A DNA stretch of 64,000 bases, from assembly GCF_009914755.1 (NCBI RefSeq), contig NC_060925.1; one strand, written 5' to 3'. The notes beneath the pieces were generated by a model. The model worked only from the letters and a program-made list of their open reading frames with translations, searched no databases and was not told where the DNA came from. This document shows, in pieces, positions 33,870 through 48,610 of the stretch. Source of the stretch: the human T2T-CHM13v2.0 reference genome, Homo sapiens. Made by a program: the position numbers and the translations under genes. Position 1 is the first letter of the stretch. Every line of letters starts with the position of its first letter.

Positions 33870-34130
33870 GGGATAATGATAGCTGGGTGTCATCACTGAG
33901 TAACTCTGGGCCAGGCACTGTTTTGAGTACTTCAGTTATATTACTTAGGTTAATACTCATAACTATCAAGTAAATATGGCTTTGTCTCCATGTGACAGAG
34001 AGAAAAGTGATACCCAAGAAGATGAAGTCACTTCCCAACAGCTATTAGACACAGCTAATAGCAGATGGAGGCAGGGTTCAAACTCAGGAAATCTGACCCC
34101 AAAAGCTCAGGCCCTCAGCCACATCTCTTA
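33870..34130 (-). mobile_element. MIR
   Basis: gggccaggcactgtttt...gaagtcacttcccaa...gggttcaaactcagg. Confidence 0.75.
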
Positions 34131-34675
34131 AAGAGGCGCACTCTCTTCCACAGGCTGTGGCAGGCTGGACCTTCCCCAAGCTTCTTTCTGAACATGGGCT
34201 TGGCTTTCTAAAAATGGAGCCACATTGATCCTCCAAGGTGTGGATCTGAACCACATGCCTGCCTCACAACTCACTCTGGCCCCTCCTGGCTTTGCAGTTC
34301 ATCAGCTCTCAAACCCCACAGGCTCAGTCAGAGCCCAATTCAGGCACCACGTGGCTGGGACTTCTAGCCACACATGGTGGTTTTATTCACAAATGTAACT
34401 CTGGTTCTCTTGCAAATCTATCTGTTTAAAAGGGTGGTAAATTGATTTTGAATCCGTGGTTCTAAGGGTTTGTTTCATTACCTACTTTTAAACCTGTCTA
34501 ATCTTGTAAGTTATGACTCTTTCACTGGGTCAAGGTAAAAAGAAAAAAAAAAATAGGTCTGGCTTTGCCCTGATCCCACCAGAAGACAAATCCCAGTGGT
34601 AGGGTCAGCAGTGGCATCCTTACATGCCAGAGACCACTCCAGTGTCTGATTCTAGAAAGATGTTCCAGTATCAAC

Positions 34676-35625
<950 letters not shown>

Positions 35626-36711
35626 ACTTATAGGATGAGTTTTATTATAATAATGGGGGGAAAATCTGAATTATTTAGGCTTCATTTATTTAATGAGACC
35701 ATATTAAAGCAAGAACTGGAAACCTGTGAGCATTTTAATGCAAAATACATCATAGAATTTGAGATACACGAAAGCAAAGGTTGTTTAACATGCAGAGATA
35801 AATTTGGTCATTAGTTCATATCTATGGACCATATAAATGACAAGATCATAAAATCCATGGAGCTTCTTGTGGCAAGGCTGTGCCCCATGATATGACTCAT
35901 CTGGTATATTTTTCTATAAAAATGTATAATAGCCCATCTCAGTGACATCTGGACTCATCTACATAAAAAGAGTTTAGGGTCATATTATTATTATTTCATG
36001 GGCTATACTTCATCTGATCCATAAGACAGAAGCAAAGTACGGTAAGCTGTTATTTCTCTTCTGAAAACATTAAGAAATTGTATGTGTATCTTCTATTTTT
36101 GCTAATGACACAAAATGTCAAAGCGTGTCATTTTTTTCCTCTGCCAACTCATGAATGTACCACTTATCTGTAACCTAAATACTCATTAATGTACAGTGAA
36201 ATTGAAATGAGCCCTTCGTATAAATAAGCCTACTACAGAAATACAAGTTGCTTTAAATTTGTAGACCAAAATAACATGGCATAAATTGAACATCATTTCA
36301 CATTCAAAACAACCAACCAAATAAACTGGTTTTTATGACTCAATTTCCTAAACTCAGGTAGGTAAGAAAGCATATATATGGTTCTTCATTTTTGTAATCC
36401 ATCATACATTTTAAGAACAGCACTGTTTAGTTGAAATGTCTATAGGCCAAATGGAGAAGAATGTGCATACCACACAATTCTAGGATGATGGGGCAGAGGG
36501 AGGGGATGAAGTGGAGTGGAGTTGGCTTTTTCCTTCATTTCTTCATTTATTTGTTCTTTTTTTGCCCTTTTGGGCAAATATTTGTTTGTTCGAGCACTAT
36601 TATGTGCCAGGTCCTATGCTTAAATCAGGGGATACAATGATTAACCAAAAAAATATACTATTGGTGACCTCATGGAACTTACAACTTAAAATGTGTTCCA
36701 TGAGGGTGATA

Positions 36712-37337
36712 CAGTTATCTGTTATCTATTGCTGTGTAACAAACCACTCCAAAACTAAGCGATGGAAATCAATACCTTATTATGCTCTCAGCTTTGTGGG
36801 CCAGGAATTTGGGTATTGCACAGGGAGGAGCTCAGCTAGGCTCCACAGTGGCTGTGGCCTCATCTGGGATGACTTGAATCATTGAGATGGCTGGTGCCAT
36901 GGCAAGGGCCTCCGTGATGGCGGATGGCTGGATTTCTTGGCCCTTCTCTATATTGCACCTTCTGGGATTGGAATATTCAAGATGGCTTTTTCACTCGTGT
37001 ATCTGGCACCTGGGCTGGATGGTTAGAAAGCTGAGGATGGCTGGGCATCTCCTTCTCCATGCTGTGAGTGTGGGCTTCCTCCAAGTATGGCGGTCTCAGG
37101 TGCCTCAGACTTCTTATATGGCAGCTTCTCCCAGAAGGAGCATTCCAGGAATCATGGGCAGAAGCTGCAAGACCTCTTATGACCTAGCCTTAGAAATCCC
37201 AGGGCACCACTTCTGCCACTTACTGTGGGGACAACCTTGTCACTAAGGCCAGCCAGACTCACGAGGAGGGGATTCTGACCTTATTTCTCAAGGGGAGGAG
37301 TAGCAAAAAATTTAAGATTATCTTTAATGTGCAACAG
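36712..37337 (-). mobile_element. MLT1H-like LTR
   Basis: tatctattgctgtgtaacaaaccactccaaaact...gacctagccttagaa...cacttctgccac. Confidence 0.75.
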
Positions 37338-37409
37338 AGGGAGACAGACATTCAAGAAATAACCACACCAATAACTGTTGCAGTGAAGAAAGAGTACAAG
37401 CATCTTTAT

Positions 37410-38135
37410 AGTAATCAAGACTTCCTGATTGCAAATGATAGAAACCTAACTCAGATGGGCTAAAGAAAAGAAGGGCATTTACTGACCTACTTAACTGAGA
37501 AGTCTGTGGCTGAATCCTGTGCTGCAATGATGTCTTCAAGGACCACTTTCCCTGTCTCTCAGCTCCACTTACCTCCATTTACTCAATTGGTTTTATTCTC
37601 AGGCAAGAGTTCCTCAAGTGATGACTACAAAGCCCACCAGCTGCTCCACAGTCCTACCAGTCTACCAATCCCAATTGAAAAAGAGGCCACACAGCCAAGC
37701 AGATTGAATCCCAGGACTATCCGCCGGAACTATTGAGAAAGAGATAGCTAACCTCTCTTTTTCAGCTGGGAGTGGTAAATTGTTATAAATGTGAAGCAGC
37801 TGGTGGGCTTTGTAGTTCCCCTCCCCGCCCCGCCCCGCCCAACTTGAGGAGCCTATCTCTTTCTCAATAGTTCCATCAAATTGTCCTGAGATTAAACCTG
37901 TTTGGCTGCATTTGGTTCACATGTCCTTTGCTGAACCAACCACTGTTGCCAAAGAGATGAAACGCTTGGATTGGCCAGGCCTGGACCACGTGCCCACCTC
38001 AGGGACTTGGGAGTGGAATCAGCCCTAAATAAACCACACATGGAAAGAATGTTCCTACAAAATAAGAGAGCTGCTTTTATTAGAAGAGGGAAATAGATGC
38101 TAACCAGACAGAAATATAAAATGTCCATTACACAA
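37410..38135 (-). mobile_element. Old MLT1 (K/L-like) LTR fragments
   Basis: ttgcaaatgatagaaacctaactcag...gattggccaggcctggaccacgtgcccacc. Confidence 0.55.
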
Positions 38136-38277
38136 CCTAACACAGGGTGACCAGCATTGAATATTTGGTCTGTACATAGAAACAAATGGGAAAAGGCATT
38201 CCTCTTCGATATCATTACTTCCACATATTCAGCTTGCATTAATTATGTTTTCAATGGGTGTGAAGCACTGGACAGGT

Positions 38278-38839
38278 TGTAACTGAGGGTACACACTGAA
38301 TAGACAAATGGGTGGTATAGGGAGGTCACAGGATTTGGGGGCTGGCGAAAAGGTGGTGGTAGCACACTCAAGCTTTGTTGGGGAATGCTTTGACCGGCTG
38401 GCAAGAAGGGAAGTTCCGCACGGTGGGAGACTGTCCAGAGGTGCAGGGGGTCCACACTCAGAAGGAAAGGAGGGCAAGGCAAACCCAGGGAGATGGGGAG
38501 TAGAGAGGGAACTTATGTGTCAACGTGATGTTGCTCAGTAGCTCCTTGAGAGCCTCCAGGACAGGAAGCATTGAAGAGCAGAAGTTTGGGGTCTTTATGG
38601 CTCAGGGTTTAGCCTATCTAAGGCTAACAGGTGTTGGGAGCAGTTTTGCGGATTATACAAGGCAGGCTCTAAATGGCTAAACATCTGCTTATTTGAGCTA
38701 TGTTTAAAGCAATTAGATGTGGAAAATTTTGAGTTTGTTTCTGGTGGGCTTGTGAGCTAGCAGGGCTGAGCCTGCAAAGAAGAAATAAATAACCAAAGGG
38801 CCAATACACAGAGACCATCTTTGGCTCACTTATATAACA
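38278..38839 (-). mobile_element. ERVL-type solo LTR (MER74-like)
   Basis: TG...CA termini; right end reads tgttatataagtgagccaaagatgg on the minus strand. Confidence 0.65.
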
Positions 38840-39235
38840 AGGAGTTAAAAATTAATCTCAATTATAATCAGAACAATTAGTTAATATCAGCATGTTAAAG
38901 ATTTGAGGTACAAACTGGAATGATAATCTAATAGTTAACATTTTTTTACATGCTTATCATGTGGTAGGTACTGTGACACGTGCTTTATACAATCTGTCTC
39001 TAATTCTCAGAGCAACTCTGTACAGGTGGGAAAACTGAGGGGTAAGTAGGGGCCATGTGATGGCTGTTAAAGATTCAGCTTGGGCACGGTCTAGCTCGTG
39101 TCTGCTCATGTTTAATTAGCCAAAGCAAGTCATATGGCAAAACTTAACATCAGTGAAGGCAGGAAGAATGTTTCTCCCACGGGAGGGTCACTAGGGAGGA
39201 CTGTAGGCATTGGTTTAGAGAGGGGCAGTTTTTGA

Positions 39236-39566
<331 letters not shown>

Positions 39567-41041
39567 CACGGATGGATTCTTAAGCAGTTGCCATACAATG
39601 TGGTAAGTTCTCTGATGGAATTTATTCTTTGAGCAGACAGGGAGGTGCTTAAATCTTTCAATTTGTCTTTTGTGTTTAGAACAAAGCGAAACTTAGGGCA
39701 TGTTTTGGTGATTAAGCCTCAATTTTCTGGAACAAGGATAGAACGAGTTGTACTGTGTGTGAGTAGTGTACGCAAAAGAAAGAAACAAGTTGTAATAGAT
39801 GCAGTTTGAGAACCCCAAATCCGCTAGCCTACTTAGAGTGAAAAGCAAGGACAGTAACTCCTGTCTTCCAAGAACTGGCATAAGGAGTTTTGTTAATAGT
39901 AATGTCTGTGCATGTGTAAGCAAAGGACGTGGGAACTGAGGTACTCTCAGAATGATTTGGGAAGAAGGTTTGTTAAGAACATGGAGTCTGTGTATTGGGA
40001 GTTTGGGGAAGGGAAGGCAGGATGGTAGAGGAAAATGAGGCATAAATTGAGCAAAGATTTGTCGTAGACCATGGGTAGGTTATTTTAATGCCCTTGCCAA
40101 CTCTTCTCCTCATGGCTCAGCATGTCCTAACCTTCCTGTTTGCAGATAACATACAGGGGATATACACAGAAGTTTAAAATGTATAGTCATAATGCTAAAA
40201 AGTCAGGTGGTATTGTTTTTAACTTTGTATAATGGAACTCAATTTAGATCTGGAGCACCTATTTCCACTTAGGGTAACTCAGTCACTTCTGGTTTAAAAG
40301 TGAGTATCTTCTGAGTAAATATCAAATAAATTCAAATTGCTTCCCCTACCCTTTCTCTTCCCCTTCTGTTTGGGTTCTCAGGGAGCTTATGTATTATCTT
40401 GTCCTGGGATGTATAGCTTGTCCATGAATCTCTCTCTGGCCGTTTCTGGACTAGGTTGAGGTATCATCAACCCCAGTTGCTCAACACTAAGCAAGACGAG
40501 GTGGAGCGATGAGAGTGTAGGTGGTAGAGCTATCTCAGATTCTCTGTAACTTAAAATGCCACAGGGTCACCATTTCCACCCCAATATCAGCTGCCACAGC
40601 TGCCACAGCTGCCCAGGGCAGGGTATGAGACATGAGGGAACTTCTGTTTTCAGATCCCCAAATCTGTCTGGGTGTTTCTAACCCTCTGCAGTGGAGAACA
40701 GAATTCAGGCTAAGTGAGAATCAGGCCATATTCTTTCTAGTCCATCCTTCTCTGTTTTAGCCAAGCTCCCCTCTAGCCCAGGAAAGGATTGTGGAGTCTT
40801 CCCATGCAACGAGGCACAGCTCTGATGTCATATCCGGTATTCTCCCTACCCTATGGCCTATAGTTGCCACTGTATGCTCAGTCCTCCAAGTTTGATTCTC
40901 CATGATTCAAAACCCATCTTCTATTTATTTATTATTTGTTTAATTTTTTTAGGGATTAATCGAGGATTTACGATATCCATCTTTAACACAGTCTACCTTC
41001 AAATAACATTATACCACTTTAGGTATAAGATCTAAAACTTA

Positions 41042-41356
<315 letters not shown>

Positions 41357-41839
41357 TTATTCTTTGTGCTGTTATTGTCATATATTTTACTCTATGTAAG
41401 TTATCAACCCCACAGGATATTATTATTGTTGTTGCTTTAAACCATCAATAATCTTTTAAATGAATTAAAAGATGAGAAAGAACATGTTTATGCTACTCAA
41501 ACATTTCCCTTTGCAAGCATTCTTTTTTCATTTTTGTAAATAGAAGTTTCTACCTAATGTCATTTTCCTTCTGCCTCAAGTAACTTCTTTAACCTTTCTT
41601 TTAGTGCAAATCTGCTGGTGATGAGTTCTCTCAGCTTTTGTTTATCTAAAAAAGTCACCTTCATTTTTGAAAGATATTGATGGTTATAGAACTGTACATT
41701 GGCAATTTCGGTTGGCAAGTTTTTTGCTTTCAGTACTTTCGAAATGTCAATTTTTTTTTATCTCCTGGTTTGCATAGATTCCGATGAGAAGGCTGACATT
41801 GTTTTTTGGTCTCTAAATGTAACATGCCTTTTTTCTATG

Positions 41840-41918
41840 ATCCTGTGTCTGGGCAGGATAAAACTCTACATGACTAGGCAAGAAAAACTTGCAGGAGAGA
41901 ACAGTTACAGGGGAGCTG
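41840..41918 (+). repeat. Inverted copy of 43223-43300
   Basis: Reverse complement aligns with 3 substitutions and 1 indel over 79 bp. Confidence 0.95.
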
Positions 41919-42094
41919 GTTGATTTTAAGATTTTCTCATTTTCACTGTGTGTGTGTGTTTTTTTTTTTTTTTTTAGTAATTTGATTATAATATGCCTTG
42001 TTGCAGCCTTCTCTGTGTTCATCCTGCTTACAGTTTATTGAGATTCTTATAGGTTTATAGTTTTTATCAAATATGGAAAAAAATTGTTCATTTT

Positions 42095-42456
42095 TGATAG
42101 CATTTGGCTGTGTCCCCACACAAATATCTTGAATTGTAGTTTCCATAATCTCCACGTGTCATAGGAGGGACTCTGTGGGAGGTAATTTAATCATGGGGGC
42201 GGTTACCTCCATGCTGTTCTTATGATAATGAGTGAGTCTCAGGAGATCTGATGGTTTTATAAGCATCTGGCATTTCCCCTGCTGGCACTCATTCTCTCTC
42301 CTGCCACCCAGTGAAGAGGTGCCTTCTGCCATGATTTTAAGTTTCCTGAGGCCTCCCCAGCCATGCGGAACTATGCGTCAATGAAACCTCTTTCCTTTAT
42401 AAATTACCCAGTCTCTCCGATGTTTCTTCATGGCAGAATGAGAACAGACTAATACA
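42095..42456 (+). mobile_element. THE1 (C/D-like) solo LTR
   Basis: tgatagcatttggctgtgtcccca...gactaataca; perfect TSD atttt. Confidence 0.9.
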
Positions 42457-43859
42457 ATTTTAGTTCTTCAACTACTGTTTCTGTTTCCCTGTCCTCCCCA
42501 CCTCTGCCAACGAGACTCCAATTAGATATACGTTAGCTTTATAGACTTACATTGTCACTAATTTTGGATAGTTTTATTGCTATGATTTCAGGTTCACCAA
42601 TCTTTTCTTCTCCATTGTCTAATCTGCTATTAATCTCATCCAATGAGAATTCCATTTCAGATTTTGCATTTTTCATCCCTAGAGGTTCCATTTGGTTCTG
42701 ATTTAAATATTCTACTTTTCTCTTTATTATATTCATGTTTGTTTTACAACCTTGAACAAGCAAAGCATATTTTTAGTAGCTGTCTGAATAGCCATGTTTG
42801 CTAATACTATCACTTCTGTTATTTCTGGGTTTGTTTCTGTATACTGATTTTTCTCCAAGCTATTAGTCACATTTTCTTGCTTTTTTGTATGTCTGGTAAT
42901 TTTTTATGGAACCCTAAGCATTATGAATGTTACATTTTGGGGTACTATATTTTGTTCCACTTCTATAAAAATGCTAACTTTTTTGGCAGGTATTTTAGTT
43001 ACTTGCAGATCAGTTCACCTCTTTCATGGCTTACTTTTAAGCTCTTTTTGGAAGGGCCTGGAATAGCCTTTATTCTAGGAATCATTTTGCTTAATTTCTA
43101 CACCCTGGCCCTTCTGGAGTCTCTAATGAATGTGTCCCATATTCCACCCAAATTCCTCCTCTTTGGCTGGTGAGCATGTCAACAATTTATGGACACGTGA
43201 TCTCTTGAAATTATTTGGCCTGCAGCTCCCCTGTAACTGTTCTTTCCTGCACGTTTTTCTTGCTGGTCATGTAGAGTTTTATCCTGCCCAGACACAGGAT
43301 TGATATTCAGCCAGCAACTCAAAGGCAACCCCTTTGCAGATCTTTGGAGATCTAGGTGTAGCCCTCCTGCTCTTTTAGAACTTTGTCCTGGAAATCCTAG
43401 CTAACTTAGTCTTCCTGATCTCCAGCTCCTTAATTCAGTGACATTGCGGGGCTCTCTCTGGATTTCTCTTTTCTATGCTGGAGTCTGGAAATTCTGTCCT
43501 TGCAGAATGCATGGAGATATTAGGACTCAACTTGCTTTTTCATATTTTCTCAAGGATCACAATCCCATGTTGTCCAATGTCTAAAAATAGTTGATTCTAA
43601 CATAGTGTTCAGTTTTATAGTTATTTACAGCAAGAGGATAATCTGGACCCTCATGGCCAAAGCCAGAAGTCTTCAAAGTCCCTCTATTGTATACTGGCTC
43701 CTTGATAATGACATTTTTCTTTTCATAATTGTGGCAAATGCAGTGGCTTTATGGAGAATGCCTAGAATTTACTTATTTGGGGTTTGAAAGGATAGATTTA
43801 CCTGAAAATGATAGAAATTCCATGAGGAAAGAAATATTAATTCACAGAGATGTAAGGAA

Positions 43860-44445
43860 TTAATTCAACAGTATTTATTAAGCACCTTCCATTTGCTAGG
43901 TGCTGTTCTAGTTTTTGGGGAGATGACAGTAAGCAAAGAGATTAAAAGAAGCCTCTCTGCTGTGATCAAGTCCATTGTAGAGAAAATAGAGAAAGAGGCA
44001 GCAACCATAATAAGTAAAATCTTAAAATCTATAACACATCAGATGGTAAGTGCTATGGGAATTATAGAGAAATAATAATCCTTTCAGCCCACATGTGGCA
44101 CTGATTGGAAAACATGGCCACTGTCCCTTCATAAAATTTAATGACAGAGGCCATCTGCTTAGAGGTACAATAGCCAACTGTATTACCATAAATGTAAATC
44201 TAGTCTAGGGCTGTCCTCTCATGCCCCGTTAATTTCTGCAGTTTATAAACACTTACCACAAAGTCATATTCATGTATCTATTTAACACCTTGATTTTTTT
44301 TTTTAAGTTTCTGCAACAGGACTAGATACTCCATGAAGGTAGGTACCATGTCAGGCTTTGCTCACAAGTGTATCCCCAAGCACTCTATGTAGGCTTGGCA
44401 TTTGAATGGTGTTCAATAAGTGTTTGTTAGTTACTGAACATGTTT
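43860..44445. mobile_element. L2 3'-end fragments (both orientations)
   Basis: attcaacagtatttattaagcacc (minus) and ctagatactccatgaaggtagg...gttcaataagtgtttg (plus). Confidence 0.65.
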
Positions 44446-44598
44446 GTTAATGGAATTTATAGATGTGTCAAGTTCTTGATACATGCCTGGCTTAGACCTT
44501 GTATGTACACCCTTACTTTTCTCTTCAAAATGGCTAGTCAATTTCTCTTTGAAAGTTACCAGTTGTGACTCTACTTTTCCTTCTTTTTCTTTCCACAG

Positions 44599-44756
44599 CT
44601 GTGCAATCATTGCACACCCTCAATGACCAGATTTCCCATTTTATTGTCACCAAGTCGAAGGCACTGGAGGAGGACAAAGACCCTTTTCTACCCACTGAGA
44701 AGGAGACTCTGAAGAGTTCCATGATATTGATGAGGCACCTCTTAATGGATGCTCAG
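44599..44756 (+). CDS. KAZN: Internal coding exon (158 nt, phase 1 to phase 0); probable upstream exon of the long N-terminally extended kazrin isoform
   Basis: Seen: polypyrimidine tract and acceptor cttttccttctttttctttccacAG|ctgtg, donor gctcag|GTacaa, and an open frame (A)VQSLHTLNDQISHFIVTKSKALEEDKDPFLPTEKETLKSSMILMRHLLMDAQ in non-repeat DNA. The gene call is from recall: a KAZN long transcript has a 158-nt second exon that splices in frame ahead of MMEDNKQLALR. Not verified by search. Confidence 0.8.
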
Positions 44757-47700
44757 GTACAAAGATCAATACAGAAATTCTCTATGGAGAAGGTGGAATC
44801 TTTTTTTCTTTTTGGCATAAGCTGTCCAAAAATGTTCAACTACCACACCTATTGAAACCTGTTTTTCTGATATAACAGATTGGATATGTTGAGTATTGGA
44901 TTTCTGATTAGATCTTATTTGGAATTTAGTATTAAAATAGCTTTTTAAAAAGTCAAAGTAATACAGCTTAAGAACAGTATATTTGTTGTCTCTGAGAATT
45001 TAACAGATCTCCCATTAGCCTTGGAAAAGTGAAAATCCATTTACATACAAACTTGGCAGGCATCATAGCTGGCAAAGGCTTTGGAGTAGAGCAAATACTT
45101 GTCCCAAACAGCATAAGTAACTAATGAATATTTTGGTGCATTTGCTGTACTCCTCCCGCCCCGCCCCAGTAAGTACATCAGCACTGGTTTTGCTAGCACT
45201 GAATTTATTGCGGAAGGTATTTAGCTCATTGTAGGCTATTGTTGAGATGTTATTCAAGGTGTCTCCTTGTGTACTATTTTATCGAAATATTTAAAAGTTA
45301 TCTACTCCTTCTGGCTTTGTTGGTGGGTCTCTTCAGACGTGTTGATAGACAAACACCAAGTGTTTTAAGAGAATTGATAGTTTTCTGTGTTAGGGAAGCC
45401 AAACTGAGCTAGATCTAATTGTCATTCCTACCTCTTCAGTGTCGGGAAATGTTTCAGGAAATGTTCTGTGGGTTTGGTGATTTTTGTGTTCATTTGCCCC
45501 GGGGATTTCTTCCTGAGCTTGTTTTCTGTTCAGCATTGCTGAGGTCAGAATGGTTGGTGGTTTCTTTCATTCCGCTCTGTAGCAGAGATTTTGAACTGTG
45601 GTTTCTTTGCTTTTGTTTCTACGCTGGTAGTGGTTTATGTTTTATTTTTAAAATCAATCCCGAAGCCCGGGTCTTGTACCAATACGGCTTTAACTGGCTG
45701 TGCCTTTGTGCCTGTCTCACCTGTCAATGCCTGAAGCCGCCCCATGGGATTTTTGAGGCCCTCTGTTGAGATGGCCCAAATTATGCAAAGCCTTTCATTC
45801 CTATTCACGGTTCTCCTGCTCTCCTTCATTATAAACAGCCCATTCAGCTTCTCCTCTCTCCCCCAGCCTGTCTGGTGGAAAAAGGAAGGATTCTGAAGCT
45901 ATGACAGCCAATTTTGAAACTCAGAAAAAAGGGAAATTTAGAAGAATTTACTGAATAAAAGAGAGCAAATTGTTCTTGAAAGGATTAGCTTTCCTCGAAA
46001 TGCCTGGTCCCAATCCTGTAGCCAGCACCTCAGCCAAGGGAACTGCCTAAATGAATCCCAAAAGGCATTGTGTGTAAACTCCAGTTTGCAAAACCTAAGG
46101 TACTGAAAAAAGTGCATATTTTTCTTCTCCTTCACATCCGAGCTTACTAGTGCCTAGAACTGGATTTCAAAAATGTTTCATATTCCGGAAATGTTTGCTC
46201 CCACCGAGTGCCTAATTCATTAGAGAGCCTTCATCCTTTGTGGTGTTGACAATGAATTTTCCCTTTTTTATTTAAGGAGATTAAAATATCCCCTATCGTG
46301 TAGTCATCGTGTAGGAATATTTTCTTATCATATTTTCTCCTGATCCCAAATCGATGACTGCTAGAATGTTCTCCTTTAAATGGCCAGATAAAATGGAGTG
46401 GGATATGGTGGATATTCTCCTAAGTCATATGCTAAAAAGGAAGGTGGGTTACATCTTCTTCCTCTTTCCTGAAGGTAGGTGTCTACCTGGGTCAGGTAGA
46501 AACGTCATGTGGAAACCCCATTGTTTCTTTTGCCTCCTAACATTCCAAGATTCCTTGCTTCTGTCTTTTAAACTAACAAAGGATGAAGTGGGTTGTGATG
46601 AGTTTAGTATACCACTCTGATTGGTTTTCTTCTAAAACCGCTAACTTTTTGAAACAGTGTTTTGGTTATGATCCTCCGTTCCTTGCTGAAGTCAATTGGG
46701 ATCATGTCACCTGCTAACCCCAGTCCTGTATCCTGCTAGTGTCTCAGATGAGTGTTGCCAAGCTTATAAAATGCCAAGGAATCCCAACGTTTTGGGGATG
46801 GCCAGGGATGATATGTGATTTTGAGTTTTGAAGTAGACACGTAAAAATATGTCATTTTTAAAAAAAGACTCTTTATTGGGCATTTCGGGGGCTAATTCAC
46901 TTATTTTCCATCTGTGCTTTAACACTGCTTCTTCTCTCAATTCCAAAGACAAATGATTGTACTCATTTTCATACACTAAGTTCATCAAGAGTGGGAGGCC
47001 GATAGAATGTAGATATAACTTATCTGAACATCCTTTCGTTCAGTCTGCATTTTGTGATATTAATAGGCATCTCTTAGGTTTTTGTGTTGCAGGATGTAAG
47101 CCTTTCAAGGGTAGTAACCACATCCTTGAACTTGGTTGGTATAATAGCCCTCTCAGTTCCATACCCACAGGGCCCTTAATAGTATTAGATGATGATGAAA
47201 CACTCTGACATCAGCTTGCAAGTCGAATGAAGTCAGGCAAAAAGTGTTCCACAGAACCTGGAGGCTGCTTGAGAGTGACTGCTTAAAATGCATAATCGAT
47301 TCAAGTCACATCTGTTTGGAAGCAATAAATCCTGCTTAGGAGAACGTCAAAGGCAAAAGCATTGCCGGACTATGAAATTCCACCTCTGAGGATTATAAAA
47401 CAATGTGCACAGAGCAAACACATCTCCCAAGTATAATGGGGAAGCCAGAGATGATTGGCAGGCCTGACAATCCATCCTGGAAAATGGAATCGCGAAGGGA
47501 GCACCTCACATGGGTAGCCCAGAAAGCCCGCAATTAGGTGTTCGTCCCCTAAACGTTTTGAGCATGGAGGTGTCTGAAGAGGCCTAGCACCTCTATTTGC
47601 ATTCCATTTCCTTTTTAGTTTGCAGGCCCCCAAATTCAATGGAGTCTGCCATTCAGATCGCATTTGAAACCCGATCTTGTGGCTTTGATTCCTGAGAGCC

Positions 47701-48329
47701 CTGTCTAAACCCAAAATGCCGACTCAGCCTCCTAAGTGATTAGATTCGTAACACCGAAGAAGCGATTCTTTCTGGTAGAGATTAATTCTTTTACTCATAC
47801 TGTGTGACTCCGCATGCTAAGAGGGGTTGATTACAGCAAATTAAATCTCTCCTTGGCAGTTCTCTCCCTTTACCCCCCAAAGACCTAATATCATTATTTA
47901 TTAAGGGGAGAAAAATGCTTGGAAAAATAATAAGATTGCTTTGTTGGCAGGAAGGTCCCCCTCTTGAAGGCCGAGTGCTAAAGGGTAGAGAACTTTCTGT
48001 GCACCTAGGGGCTTCCTTCTGCAGGCCATGGAACAAAGGGTGGCTGAGGGAGAGTCTGTGCTCTGCTGACCTAAGGAGGCTGCCCTGGGTCTGGACAGGA
48101 AGTGGGTAGCCTCTTTGCCTAAAACTTGGCCTGTACTGGGACTAAAAGGAAGAGCTTGCTTTAAGGGAGGCTGAATCGTTGGTATACCCTTCCCAGAGGT
48201 CCATCTCTAGGGATGAAAGTAAACCCTTCAAAATAAAAATAAACCACACAACTGTCATCTCTAAACAAATCTCGAACAAAGTCCATCGTTAGGCGGAAAA
48301 GACCTGAAATTTGCTTTACTCTTCAAACT

Positions 48330-48610
48330 CTCCGTTTTTCCTTCTGCCCTTGTCTCCTCTTCCCTTTTCTTTTTGCTTTTCTTTGTCTTCTCCCTCTGCC
48401 CTTTTTCTCCCCACCCGACCCAGCATCTCTCCTCCTCCCCTCCTATTTTCTCCTTCTCTCAAATCTATTCCCCTCCTCCCTCCCTCGCCTTCTCTTCTTT
48501 TGGTTGGCAAAATAAATGTTAGCTGAGATGTGGAATTACATTCTGCATTTTTCACTTCCTTCTCTTCCTTCCCTTTCCTGTTCTTTCCTTGTCTGTCTTT
48601 CTTTCTGTTA
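48330..48610. repeat. Low-complexity polypyrimidine (CT-rich) tract
   Basis: Read directly. Confidence 0.8.

Noticed and set aside
44565-44855. 96-aa ORF as a single-exon gene with a signal-peptide-like start
   Set aside because: The hydrophobic start is the translated polypyrimidine tract (GTG start) and the tail is intron read-through; only 44599-44756 has splice support.
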